This document shows, in pieces, positions 11,026-22,805 of a DNA stretch of 64,000 bases. The notes beneath the pieces were generated by a model. The model was given only the letters and a program-made list of their open reading frames with translations, was not told where the DNA came from and searched no databases. The stretch comes from Lama guanicoe (lineage: Eukaryota), in contig MU054001.1 of the NCBI GenBank assembly GCA_013239625.1, positions 7,150,174 to 7,214,173 on the forward strand. The letters run 5' to 3'. A program made the translations under genes and the position numbers. Positions within the stretch are counted from its first letter, which is position 1. Every line of letters starts with the position of its first letter.

Positions 11026-13858
11026 ACCTGCCCCCCCAACCCCCCACCCCCTTTCCCTTAGACAATCAGAAAAATGTAAAGTCCTCTCCTTAACTTACCT
11101 GTCACAAGCCTTCCCTTTGTCTCTTGGCAGCCTCCGTGCTCCTGCCTGACTGGATGATAAGATTAGAATTTCCACGCTCTGTTAGGAATAAATTTCCACT
11201 TAAGACCTTATAGCTTATCATCCTGTGATTGGATGTTTGAGGGAAATTTGATGATAGAGGATTAAAGGGAATAGAAAGTAATTGTTAGACTGTGAGTTCC
11301 ATGAGGGCGGGGACTGGCCTGCCTCCTTCCTCTCTGTGTCCTGAGTCCCTGGCACTAAGTGCCGTGCTTGGTTGAGTTGAAGGATCAGAATGTGGCTGGA
11401 GTTGGGCCCTAAGGGCCTTTTCAATTAAGGGACAGACAGAGAAGTGGCACAAGACCTCCTTTCCAGGCTGTCTCAGTCCTTCCTTGAGGAGAAAGTCTAT
11501 CCTGTGGCTGTGCCATCTGGGCAGAACTAGCCTAGGGTGTGTCTGAACACCCTCAGGCGCTTGCTCCTGGCTTGGGGAGAGAAACTGTAGAAAAGGCAGA
11601 AGCAGGGCAGCTCGGCTGGCACCCAGGGGAGCCGAGGAAGAGGGCAGGGCCTGGCTTTTGAGATCACAGTGACAGGACTCCCAGTGTGTCCCTGATGTGT
11701 CCCTATGCCTGTGAATTTGGGATTTGGTCTCAGGTAACTCTTTGGATCTGGGGTCCACACAGGCCCCTGATTGTGGCCTTGGCATACTGGCCTCTGGATG
11801 GCCTGGCCTGGCTTCCTCTAGACAGGGATCTTGGAGGAAGCTTCCCTTCCTCCACCTTAAAAATGAAATAAACATGCAAAGACCTCCATAACCTGCGGGG
11901 ATCTGTTAGCCCCAGCAGAGGAAGAGGAGGAGGGGGGAATGTCAAGCGGAGTATGCTGTCTTTTTTGAGTCTTACCACAGTCTATGATATGAGTACTATC
12001 ACCCCCATTTAACACATGAGAAAAAGGAGGCACACAGAGATTAAACTGATCACCCAAGGTGCTACTCAGGTACGAAGGGATGGAGCAGAATTTGAACTTA
12101 TGGATTCTCACTCCAGAGCCCAGACCCCTAACCATTATGCTGCTTCTCCTTCACATGTGCTTAAACCCTTCTCCTGATACCCTGGCCAAATACACCTGGC
12201 CCAGGGCAGATGTGCAGCAAGTTTGTGAAACTGATAATGAAAGTCAGATATAAAGTAAAAAGGGAAATATTGCTGGTAACTCAGATGCCCCCAGGTGCAC
12301 AGTCTCATTGCCCAGCCTTCTGCAGGTATGTGGGATCAGTGGACTGCGGGCCTCTTCAGACCCTGCATGTGGAGCCTCCCTGCATCCTCCACACTTTCTC
12401 TGTCTCTGCTTCCATTGGGCTCATGGACTAGGTTGGAAAGGGCAGAGCAGGGAGGAACCACAAGACAGAAGGAGCCTGGGAGCCGGTTACCACATGGAGG
12501 GAGCCGTCCAGGGGAGTGGTGACCAGGAGCACATTGGACTTTTATCTGAGCACGGATACCAGTTTGTGTTCTGTTAAGTTATTGAAGTCTTGAAGCAGTT
12601 AGATACAACTAGGGCACTTTAGGAAAGGCTTGTTTTAGGCTGGCTTGTTTTATTTAAGAATCTCCAGCTTTGATCTTGGTGTAATTTGGTGTGTGTGTGT
12701 ATATATGTGTGCTGAGTGTGTCAGCTTTGGATCTATCTAAAGCAAAGTTGCTCATTTATCTCTACTTTGTTCCCAAGTTCAAAATCCTTGAGTATCTCTC
12801 TCTCTCTTTTCTCTCATAACTAGCAAAACAGATCTCTCTCCCAGACATCCAGAACTAAACATCAGCTTATATAATCTCCTTTAGCACAAACTGTTTTCAG
12901 CCAACTCTGAAGCTGTCTCCTTCATTTACTTTCAAGGAAGCTCTTAGCACGAAGTGGCATAAAGCTGAAATTGTGATGATTGCTTATCTTATGGAAGCAG
13001 CAGAGAGGTGCGTGGGTGTTTAAAGGGAAACCTCCCGGTAGTGCCTGTAAATGAATCTCTGAAGTGCAAAGGTGCTGCGACAGACAAGCCTGTCTCTGGC
13101 TGGGGGTGGGGGTGGGGCTGTGCTGAGCAGTCTTCAGAGCCTCAGAAAAGACAGGAGGATGGAGGAGCTGACAGCAGATGGAGGCAGGGCTTTTCTGACG
13201 CCTGGAGACGGACCGTAATGGAGGCGATGAAGGAAATCATGGGCGTTTTAGAGTCATTACCACTCACGTGAGAAATGGGAAAAGCCATTATCATGTTTGA
13301 AGTGGTGGGTTCATCAGTTTGCCCCATTAGAATTCGGACTCCTCTGGCCAGCACCAAACCACAGGAATAGCTTTGGTCTGATGCTGGTCAGTGAGAGGTT
13401 GGCTTTGTTACCCACAAATGATAGGTGGGGAAACAAAGAGATCAGAAGTGACTTGCTCAAGGTCACTTCCCTAGAAAGCGGCAGAGCTTGGACTTGGACC
13501 TTTCTGGGTCTGCTGCCAAAGCCAGGATTTGGTTGCATTGCCTTGCTGTGTTACACAAGCCTGTCTGCTGTGGTTTTCTAAGAAGTCCATTCACACATGA
13601 TATTCCCCCACCAGTCTTCTTTCTTTTACTATTTGTGGTGACTTCACATTCTTTTCACCCATCACCAAGACCAAGGGGGATAAGACCGACCTTCTGTCTA
13701 GTGTCTGCTCCCAGGCTGGGCAGCTCTCAACTCTGGCTGCCCAGTAAAGTCTCCTGGGGGACTTAAAAAAATACCAATGTCTGGGTCCTACCCCCAGTGA
13801 TTCTGACTTAACTGGTCTGGGGTGGGTCGTGGGCATTGGTATTTCTTAGCAGGTCTTT

Positions 13859-15158
13859 AAAATTTTTTTAATAATCATAATAAATTTTATTTTTTTCAGA
13901 AATGGAAAAGTGGCCCTGAATAGTTTTAGATGCATTTTTTAGTAGTTAGTGTCTCATAAGAAACAAGCACTCAATTGTGTGTATTCTACATAGCTGTATT
14001 GCATGATTTTTAAGTTTAAAAGATGATATAATACCCATGTTTTTAATGTTGGTACTCAAATGCAAAGGCATAACTACTCCGAGCTGATCTGAAGTCATTT
14101 TTGGTGAACACTCTTGCTCTGGATTCTTCAGGTGTTTCTGCGGCTGCAGCTGGGAAGCTGGCCTTCCCGGCTTCATCATACGTAGGTAGGGAGGTAGCAA
14201 CACTGGAAGAAGGTGGTACGGGAGAAAATTCACTGTAAACTTCTGTATTTGCCATCAAGGTACTTCCACAGTCATGCTGTGGGATTCAGCGGGCTGCTGC
14301 AGAGGCAGCAAAAGAATTTACCAAAGACAAAGGTTGAATTTGGAAAAAGAGTTTATTAGGTAGGATGCCAGACACAGCGGGCCACACAGACAGGAGGTGC
14401 CTGGGTGAGCTCTGAGGATGGGTTGCTGAGATCGTTATTTAGGGAGGGTAACTTTTAACTCCTCTCGTCTACAGGACATCGGGCGCACAGCGGGTCTCAG
14501 GGTGCGTCATCAGCTCGTGCACAGGTCTCTGGCTGATGCTGAGGGGACAGGAAAAGGAGGTGGTCTTGAAAGGGGAGGGCTAGGGGTTTTGGGAAGGGGC
14601 TGTGATTTTTGGTAGGAGCTGTGACAGATCCTGGTGGTCAGGCTTCCGGGCATTACTAGATGATCATTATCTCAGCTAAGGCAGGTCTGTATCAGAAAAG
14701 GAATGTTCTTTGTTCCCTTCAAAGGGCAGCAGCCAGGAACCTGTGGGGCCTTGGAGCAGGGATCTGATGTCTGTGGACCGCACAAGGGATACTGCTCCAA
14801 AGTGGAGGAGCAGAGTCAGTGTCAAGCTCTAATGCTGAAGGAGCATTCTGCACAGTCCCTGGTGCTGGGCTTGAAGCTGATGGCTGCTCTAGAGCAGATG
14901 ATTCTGAGTTATGCTCTTCGTTGTGAAGCACCTGGTAGTGGCCAGTCCCTGGCTGGTGTTGATCCATCCTGCCTGGCTTGCGGGATCTGGCTCTCAAGCT
15001 GGCAGGTCCCATAGGACCTCAGCCCCCTCGCTTACCCACTGTCAATGACTTTGTCACCACCAACAAATCTTCCAGCTTTGTTTCTGCCTGCACTTTGCAG
15101 AAGCCCTAGAAACCTCCACATCATCAGCAGGGGCTCCAGGGAGAAGCTCCGGGGTGCC
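13859..15158 (-). pseudogene. NDFIP2: NDFIP2 (Nedd4 family-interacting protein 2) processed pseudogene, LTR-interrupted, internally deleted
   Basis: Translations PGRMDQHQPGTGHYQVLHNEEHNSESSALEQP and TEVYSEFSPVPPSSSVATSLPTYDEAGKA match the recalled NDFIP2 N-terminus (PGRMDHHQPGTGRYQVLLNEEDNSESSAIEQP; TEVYGEFYPVPPPYSVATSLPTYDEAEKA). Intronless, with frameshifts and a stop. Minus-strand AATAAA and A-rich tail near 13860-13895. 12-bp TSD TAGCAGGTCTTT (13847-13858) / TAGCAGGCCTTT (15159-15170). Confidence 0.92.
14278..14784 (-). mobile_element. Solo LTR inserted into NDFIP2 retrocopy
   Basis: TGTGGGATTC...GGACCGCACA termini. TTTATT near 14353. NDFIP2 homology stops and resumes on either side. TSD is ambiguous. 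Confidence 0.7.
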
Positions 15159-18100
15159 TAGCAGGCCTTTTTAGAAGGTGATTTTAATTTTAAGGATTGC
15201 GACCCACTGTCTTAAGGGCAGTCAAGGACCCTGGACAGAGGTGGGGGTAAGGAAGAGAAAGTGATTCATATATTTAAGTCTAATGAAATAAGGTTTCTCC
15301 CAGTGGAAGGGACTAGGGCAGACCCCCTAGTTAGCGTCTAGAACCCCAATTTGAACTAGTTTAAGCATAAGAGGGAGATTACCTTGCAGAACTGGGTGAC
15401 CTCACATGGGCTGGAGCCAAGTGCTTTTCCTGGGTCTTCTGGCTTTTTCTGCCTCACTATTTGACCCTTGCCTCTGCTTTCCTGGTGCTGACTTCATGCA
15501 CTGGCTTCCCCATGTGCCATCAAGGACGGCTGCTTTTAGCACTTGGCTCACACCCTTCCAGTTTGGCAGCCCTGCGGGGAAGGGGACTGCTCTTTCCAAG
15601 AAACCTAATTACTCCCCCCTCAGAAAACAAACAATACAAACCAAAGACTAACTGAATAATATTTGCTGACCCCTTGCCAATGCCTTTCCAGATGTTTCAT
15701 CTATGTTAACTCATTGATCCACTCAGTACACCAGTTTCCTATCGTCATTTTGACAGATGAGGAAACTGAGGCACAGAATGTAGTCACTTGCTCAAGGTCC
15801 CAGAGTATGTGAGCGATGGAGCTGGAATGCAAGAAAGCAACACTGCCAGTCTTGGCCCCGGAGCCACCCAGTACCCACCAGGTCCTGTCAGCCAAGGTGG
15901 ACAGTGACCAGAGTGTGACGAGTCTTGAGCCCCTTGACTTAGAACCAACCCTAAGACATCAGCGAGCGGTCCTGAGGACACCTGCTACTCCTGGACACAG
16001 TGCATCACTTCACACTTGCTCGCTTGTCCACTCCTGACGAATAAACCCAGATGAGTCTAGTGTTGAAAAATTAAAAGTGCAGCTTTGATAACATGGCCCT
16101 CTCTCCTAAGTAAGGGCCTAGAGCCAAACACCCCAGATTTTACAGATAATGACTTGGATACTCAGAGAGGGGAGTGATCCTTTCCCAGCATCACACAGCC
16201 AGATATCAGGGGAACTGGGCTCTCTTCTAGGTCTTCTGGGTCCCAGCCTGGGGCTCCTCCCACCACACCAAGCTGCTTAGGGACGTCACTTATTGGATAC
16301 AGTAAGTCAAGTGCAGAAGAGCAGTCTTGGGAGGACATGACTTGGAAGCCACTGGAGGAGGGTGTGTGCAGTTAGAGAGGAGGACTTGACAAGTCTCTGA
16401 CCACATCGAGGTTTAGGGGTGGGCTGGTGGGGAGGAGCCAAGGAGAAGACTGGGAGAGAGCAGCAGACAGGCAGAAGGGAGAGTCTGGGGCGCCCTGGAA
16501 ACTGAGAGAAGGATGCACGGTGGAGAGGAGGCTGTGGCTGCTGGCGCAAGTGCTGCTGGAACAAAAAATGCTTACTGACTGCAGGGGAACAGACAATTTC
16601 TGGAAAAACCAATAGTTTCCTCTTTTCTTTTCCTGGATGACCAATGCCTGTACTCTCCTGGGAAAGATGCAGTTTTGCAGTTCACAGTGAAGCACTGGGA
16701 ATGGGAGAATATAGTATGTGGTTTTGCTGGGTCCTGCCTTTGGCAGCAGCAGCAGTCAGAATGGCGTGGGTAGTCATCTCGTATTTACTATGCAGATGTG
16801 GTCTAAGGATTGTGCAAGATCTTGTGGCTGAAACCTGTGGGGCACAGGCTAGAGCCCAGGCCGGAGCTCTCTACAGTAGATTAAAAGCTGGCTTCCTAAG
16901 GGAGTCTTCTAGGTAGACTGAGCCCTCCTGTGTTAGACTGATTGATAGTTGCTGATTTGCCTCTTTGTTCTGTGCCTCCAGAACCACACAAGGGAAGATG
17001 TTTCAGTGAAGCCTGTGATATCTTCCACATCAGGAGCTTGTGCTAGAAGCAAGGTCTCTTCCAGCTGAGCTATTCTATTGATTTCACCTTGTTTTTGCTT
17101 CCCCAAATATTCATCATTTGTATTTTTGTTATTATGTTACATAGCAACAATTTTTATTTTTTTAAAGCTTTAAAATTTTTTTATATTATACCATATTTGC
17201 ATTGGATTTTTTCTTATATATATATATATATTTTATTGAAGTATAGTCAGTTTACAATAGTCAGTCAATTTCTGGTGTACAGCACAGCAACAACTTTTCA
17301 GATGAGTGTATAATACCATTTGTGTGTGAAACTAAGGAAAGTATTAGAAGGGTTTTTGGCACTTTCAAATGAGAGGACAGAAAGAAGGTGGGGAGGATGG
17401 TGACAGCGGGGGAGAGGGAAGGGGAGGGGAGAGAGCTGGAAGCGCTTAGCAGAAGGTGGATGGAAGCTGGACAAACGTCCACAACAGACAAGCTCGTTAT
17501 AAACCATAGACAGGAACGCTTCCCTGTGACGTCCCCCACCTCCTTTCTGGTCCTAGGATAATCACTATCAAGAGGTTTTACTATACTCCTCCAGATGTTC
17601 TATGTGCCTACCTCAATATTAATGCTAGGGAATGTTTGTAAGCAAGCTCACTTATGCAGGTTGTGATGCAATCTTTTGTGGCATTTCATATATCTTGGTT
17701 ATTTTACTACCTTACTAGTTTAGATACACTTGATCTTATTAGTATCTCTATCGTATCCTGAAAAATGAATGTCGCCTACTTGATTTAACCAGTGCTGGGC
17801 ATGATTTGGAATAAGGCAGACGAGTGATGAGAATTCAGTGCAGGCTTGGAGAGAGAGCAATATATCCCCTCAGCCGTGAAAATGCCAGGATTGTCACGTC
17901 GGGGAAAGGACAGGGCTCGGCTCACATCCTCCAGGCCACGGTTTGCTGCCCTCTGACAAATCAAGCTCCCCAGAAGTGTCAGCGAAACCTCATTACCAGC
18001 AGCGTGTTAATGAGCAGCAGGGCAGCTGCTGTCGTGGGGCTCAACAAAATGACGAAGACGTCATCGGCAGAAGCTCAAGTCCCTTGCACGGGTGTCATCC

Positions 18101-19098
18101 CCCATGAGAGGCCCGAAAGGATGGAAATGCTATGATCGTTATTACTGTGCTAATAGCAGAACAAGAAAAGAAAGAGGAAATCACCTGCCAAAGATCCTTG
18201 CAGCTCAAAGTGGGGCTGGAAGGACAGTGTGGCCTTACGAGTCGATAAGGCTCCTGTTCAAAGTCAAACAGCACAACTTGCGGAGAGAGGTGAAAATCAC
18301 TCACTCATGCAGCTGTGGCCTCGCTTGTAGTTTTCACAGAGAACCAGATCTTTTAACAGGGGAGGGAGATGGTGCGAGGTGGGTAGGGGAGATGGAGGTG
18401 AACAAAGATTAAACGCTGTTGCAATCATTTGCTGCTTGTCAGAATATAGCAGAGACAAAGTTTCCAGATGGAAGGGATGGTAAAATGGAGACGGAAGAGA
18501 CCATCTCTGGAGATGAAACAGTAACCAAGCTGTTTGATAAGCCTTTTTGCTTATTTGACTAAATGCACAAATGTACTTTTAATTTGGAGCCCTTTTTCCC
18601 TCTTTTAAGGCTCCCCCTCACAGCCACGTCAGGGCAAAAGGGGAAGGTAAAGGTCATGCAGGGCAGGGCTTCTCATCCTCAGCTCTGCTGGCTCTTAGGA
18701 CCAGATGCTTCCCTGCCATGGGGCTGTCTTGTGCACTGTGGATGTTTAGCAGCATCCCTGCTCACTAGAGGCAGCAGCTAGGAAAACTGCCCCGAACACA
18801 GTGTTTGAGGTGGTCTGTTGCTCAGCATCCACTCTGCGTCAGAAGGAGGAGTGTTCCCCGTGGCTGTCCCCCACCTAGTGTTGCTGTGCTCCGGCACCCC
18901 AACCACCCACCTCCAGAACAGAGGTTAATCAACAGAAACAGCCATTCATGGAAGTGCAGCCATGAGGAGGTCGCAGTAGCACTTGGCTGAGGCTCAGTTT
19001 CTCTAAACACCAGACTCCTGTCACAGCCCCTGCTCCCTGGCTCCCTGACAGCTCAGAGGACATGCCAAATGCGAGCTCTATAGATGGGGTTTTGGCCC

Positions 19099-19619
19099 TG
19101 TCGACTGAAATAAAATGCACAACCTAAAAGTTGACAGTTATGTTTTATTCAGCAGACACTTCTGAGGACGCGAACCCTTTGAGCCTGGGATGACAACCTC
19201 TCAGATTGCTCTGAAGGACTGCTCGGAAGAGGTAAGGAAGGAGCCAGGATATGTAGGAGTTCTTACAACAAAGACCAGGAAGTCATCATAAGTTTGCTGT
19301 TACATCAACAAGTTGACTGTTAAAGAAAACCACATATCTTGAGTTAAGGAATTTAGCCCCTTTCTAAGTATGGGAATGTGCAAAGGTCTGGGCTCATTGA
19401 AATCATTCCTTCGACACGCACCTTAGCTATCTGGGGCCAGTCTCCGGTTCTTTCACATCCCTCAGGTAGCACTGCTGGGGTGGCTGCAGAGGCCAGGCTG
19501 CCTGCTTGCCTGCATCCTGAGTACCCCCACTCACTGTTGCGGGTGGCAGTAGCGGCTGATGTCTTGTTGGCCACAGCATTCTTTGTTACTGATGTGGCTT
19601 GCAGTATTTTTCATTCACA
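19099..19619 (-). mobile_element. ERV1-class solo LTR related to 1693-2151
   Basis: TG...CA termini. TSD GCCC/GCAC (1 mismatch). First ~150 bp similar to 1693-1830 (GCACAA...AGTT...TTTTATT...TGAGGAC...TGCTC...GAAGAGG). Confidence 0.8.
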
Positions 19620-19949
19620 GCACTATCCCAAAGTGGCCCCAATCCCCTTGTGACCTAAGCAGGGCTACCAGGAGAGCCTCTTTTAGCAAGTGTAGGCTTT
19701 GTCTGTCTTCCCCCCTCTTTCTGGGTCCAGGCTCATTAACTACTCAAGGTGGAGATATTATGTTTCCAGAGGAAGGCAAGGTGAGAAGCAGGCAAGGCAG
19801 CGAGAGCTTTTCTCCCTAAGGTTTAATCTGGCCCTGTCCTCCCAGTTCGTCCAAGGTGAGGCGGCTCCAGCATCCTGTGCATCAGCCTCTAGGACCAGAG
19901 ACTGCCCTTTCCACTCCCTTACAGCGAGAGCTGGGCAGGTCATCTCCCG

Positions 19950-20437
19950 GGACAATGGCCACCAGCTCCCTCCCTCCCTGGACAAACACGGTGCTCCTCC
20001 CTTCAAGTAGAGTCTGTTCCCCCTCCTGGGATCTGAACTGGCCTTGTGACTTGCTCTGCCCAGCAGACGATGCGTCAGTTCTGGGCCTACACTTTCAGAG
20101 AACTGATAGCTTTTCTTTGTCTCTCTTGGATGTCTCTAGCTGTCATGTACGAAGCTCTGGGACTATCCTGCTTTGAGGAAGACAGACTAGTTACATTGAG
20201 TCGACACGTGGAAAGAGACACCAGGCCAGTCTCCAGTTCCAGCCCTCCCAGATTAAGCATTGAACATGTGAGTGAAGAATTCACATTGGACATTCCAACT
20301 CAGCACCACCTCATGGAACAGAAAATCACCCAGCTGAGCTCACCTTAGATTGCAGAGTCCTAAGAAATAATAAATTGTTGCTGTTTTAAGCCATGAAGTT
20401 TTGGACTGCTTTGTTACGCAGTAATAGATAATTAAAG
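19950..20437 (+). mobile_element. MLT1 (MaLR) LTR
   Basis: GGCCTTGTGACTTGCTCTGCC and the terminal AATAAATTGTTGCTGTTTTAAGCCA...TTTGTTACGCAGTAATAGATAA signature. Confidence 0.8.
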
Positions 20438-20593
20438 AAGGACTTAGAACTTCAATCTCTTTCCATTATCACATGGAAAACTTCATTTCTTAATACTATG
20501 GCCCAGTGAATTTCCTTGAATTTGACTTATCTAAAATCCACTCCTTCTCACTGGGGGAAGAGAGAGAGGAATATATAGGGCTTGTGCAGAGAG

Positions 20594-21102
20594 TGAACTT
20601 AAGAATTTATTGTGATTAATTAACTTGCTTTCTTTGAGTTACTTCTAATGGACTAACCTGTTTGTCTCCTTGCTACTGCTATTGTTTAATTTGCCTGAAT
20701 GACAGTGTTCTTGGCAACCCCAACCCTATGACTTACACCTATCCTAAATATATTATACCTAAACCCAGGAGCTATTTTCCGAAAAGAAGGTCATGGAACA
20801 ATAATCCTGAAGGCAGACCAGATAACACCAAGGCCACCAGCAACCACCTACTTGATGGGCCACCAAAAGTTCCCCTGACACAGGATAAAAGACTATTGTT
20901 CATTATCACTGATCTGCTCCATCGCATTTGCCTGTATTATCACCAAGCCCCAAGCCCAAGATGGGCTCAGTCTTTAGGGCATTAGTCTGCAGTGACTCTT
21001 TTCCTGGCAAAGCAATAAAATTTCTCTTTTCTTTGCTCCCAAAACTGTGCCTCTGAGTTTGAATTTGCTTTTTGAGGTGCAGAGGCCAATTTTTCAGTAA
21101 CG
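20594..21102 (+). mobile_element. ERV1-class solo LTR
   Basis: TG...TAACG termini. TSD AGAG (20590-20593 / 21103-21106). AATAAA near 21014. Confidence 0.75.
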
Positions 21103-22186
21103 AGAGCCTTGGCCTCTGAAAGAATCCATACTGAGGAATAAATGTTATATAATAGTGTCAAGCATCATCTCTTTCAAGAGATTTTGCATTTTCTTCCCAG
21201 GAAAAAAAGACACTGATAGACGAATCTCTTATGGTGGGTCTTAGGTGACAGTAGTTAAGATCAGCAGGTTAGGTTGCAAGACTGGGATGTGTTTTTCTCA
21301 TTTCTTCAGTTTATTTTATTTCTAGAATTGAGGTGAATTTTTAATACAATGAAATTGACAGATCTTTGGTATACAACTGGATGGGTTTTGACAAATGAAT
21401 ATAGCCAGGGAACTAACACTTACCCAGCTATGGAACATTTACATCATCCCCCAAAGTTCCGTGTGTCCCCTTTCATCAATCTGCTCTCTCACTGGAAAAC
21501 ATTGTCTTGATTTCTGTTACCATAGGTTCTTTGTGTCTGCTTTTGACTTTCACATAGTGGAATCATATAATATGTGCTCCCTTGTGTCTGGCTTCTCTCA
21601 CTCAACATAATATTTTGGAGACTTACCCAGATTATCGCATGTATCAATAGTTGATTTTAAATTTACCGAAGTATACCAAAGTAAAATACTGAAGTAGCAT
21701 TCCATCGTGTGAATATCCTACAGTTTATTAATTGATTCTCCTAAAGATGAATATTTGGGTTTCCAGTTTTTATTTTAAATAAAGCTCTTGTACATGTCTT
21801 ATTATGAACGTAACTTTTCATTTCATTTCCCATCAGCAGTGTGGGAATGTAAAAAGTTTCAATGACTCCGTTCTAGCCAACACTTAATTCAGTCGTTCTC
21901 ATGCTGTTTTGTGGAGCGTGTGGTATCTCATTATTTTGATTTGAATGTCCTTGTTGATTAAGGATGCTAGGCCCTTTTTCAAGCATCTATTTGCCATTCA
22001 CAAATCTTCTTTTGTGAAGTATCTGTTCAAGTCTCTGCTCATTTAAAAATTGGATCATTTTTCTTTTTGCTGCTGATTATTGGGAGTCCTTTAATCTGGA
22101 TACGAATCCTTTCATATATGTATTGTGAATATTTTCTCTCAGTCGATGGCTTGCCTTTCCATTTTCTTAGTGATGTCTTTTTTTTT

Positions 22187-22292
22187 AAAATATGGAATAC
22201 TTCGCAAATTTGTGTGTCATCCTTGCACGGGGACCGTGCTGATCTTCTCTGTATTGTTTCAATTTTAGTATATGTGCTGCTGAAGTGAGCAC
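22187..22292 (-). pseudogene. U6: U6 snRNA retropseudogene (full length)
   Basis: Minus strand reads GTGCTCACTTCAGCAGCACATATACTAAAATTGAAACAATACAGAGAAGATCAGCACGGTCCCCGTGCAAGGATGACACACAAATTTGCGAAGTATTCCATATTTT, with the ACAGAGA box intact. Poly(A) 22178-22186. TSD TGATGTCTTTT / TGGTGTCTTTT (22171-22181 / 22293-22303). Many CpG-decay substitutions. Confidence 0.95.
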
Positions 22293-22371
22293 TGGTGTCT
22301 TTTTAAGAACAGAAGGTTTTAATTTAGATGAAGTCCAATTAAATCAGTATTTTTATTAAAGTATATGCTTT

Positions 22372-22515
22372 CTACCAGTTTTGGTTTTTCTGGGGGAGTA
22401 GTAACTGGGTTTGTTTGTTTGCTTGTTTATTTATTTACTAATAGAGGAGAAACTGGGGATTGAACCCAGGACCTCATGCATGCTAAGCATGCTCTCTACC
22501 ACTTGACCCTCCCCC
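22372..22515 (-). mobile_element. tRNA-Ala-derived SINE (vic-1-like, camelid)
   Basis: Minus TCAAGTGGTAGAGAGCATGCTTAGCATGCATGAGGTCCTGGGTTCAATCCCCAG (A/B boxes). TSD-like TAAAGTATATGCTTT / TGAAGTGCATACTTT. Confidence 0.85.
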
Positions 22516-22689
22516 TGAAGTGCATACTTTTTATGTTCTTTCTAATAAATCTTTGTCTTGAAGATATTATCCTATGTTTCCTCAGAAAGGTTTTTCCTAT
22601 GTTTCCTCAGAAAGTTTCCAGTTTCTTTTATGCTTAGGCTATGACACATCATGAATTAACTTTTGTGTATAAAAATTTTTGTTTTGAGG

Positions 22690-22805
22690 CCGTTTTTCCT
22701 CTCTTGGACTGGCCTGCCCCCAATTCTTGGGAGTGTACTATCTTTCACTCCTTTTTTTTTACTTCGCTAATAAAAATCTTGTTTATATCACCCTTTTTGG
22801 AAAAA
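22690..22805 (+). mobile_element. Short polyadenylated retroposed fragment (LTR U3/R-like)
   Basis: GGGAGTGTACTATCTTTC...CTAATAAAAATCTTG followed by an A-tract. Flanked by AAAAATTTTTGTTTTGAGG (22671-22689) and AAAAAAATTTGTTTTGAGG (22801-22819). Confidence 0.65.

Larger units (their letters stand above)
13718..15209. mobile_element. MER5A hAT MITE split into 13718-13846 and 15171-15209 by the NDFIP2 retrocopy
   Basis: Left part CTCTCAACTCTGGCTGC...GATTCTGACTTAACTGGTCTGGGGTGGG. Right part AGGTGATTTTAAT...GATTGCGACCCACTG. Confidence 0.7.

Noticed and set aside
11285..11875. 196-aa minus-strand ORF
   Set aside because: No recognisable domain, composition of random GC-rich sequence, and it runs into L2-like relic sequence.
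22441..22515. tRNA-Ala gene calls at the SINE heads (also 36170, 50355)
   Set aside because: A/B boxes are present, but the copies have SINE tails, TSDs and degenerate acceptor stems, so they are SINEs and not tRNA genes.
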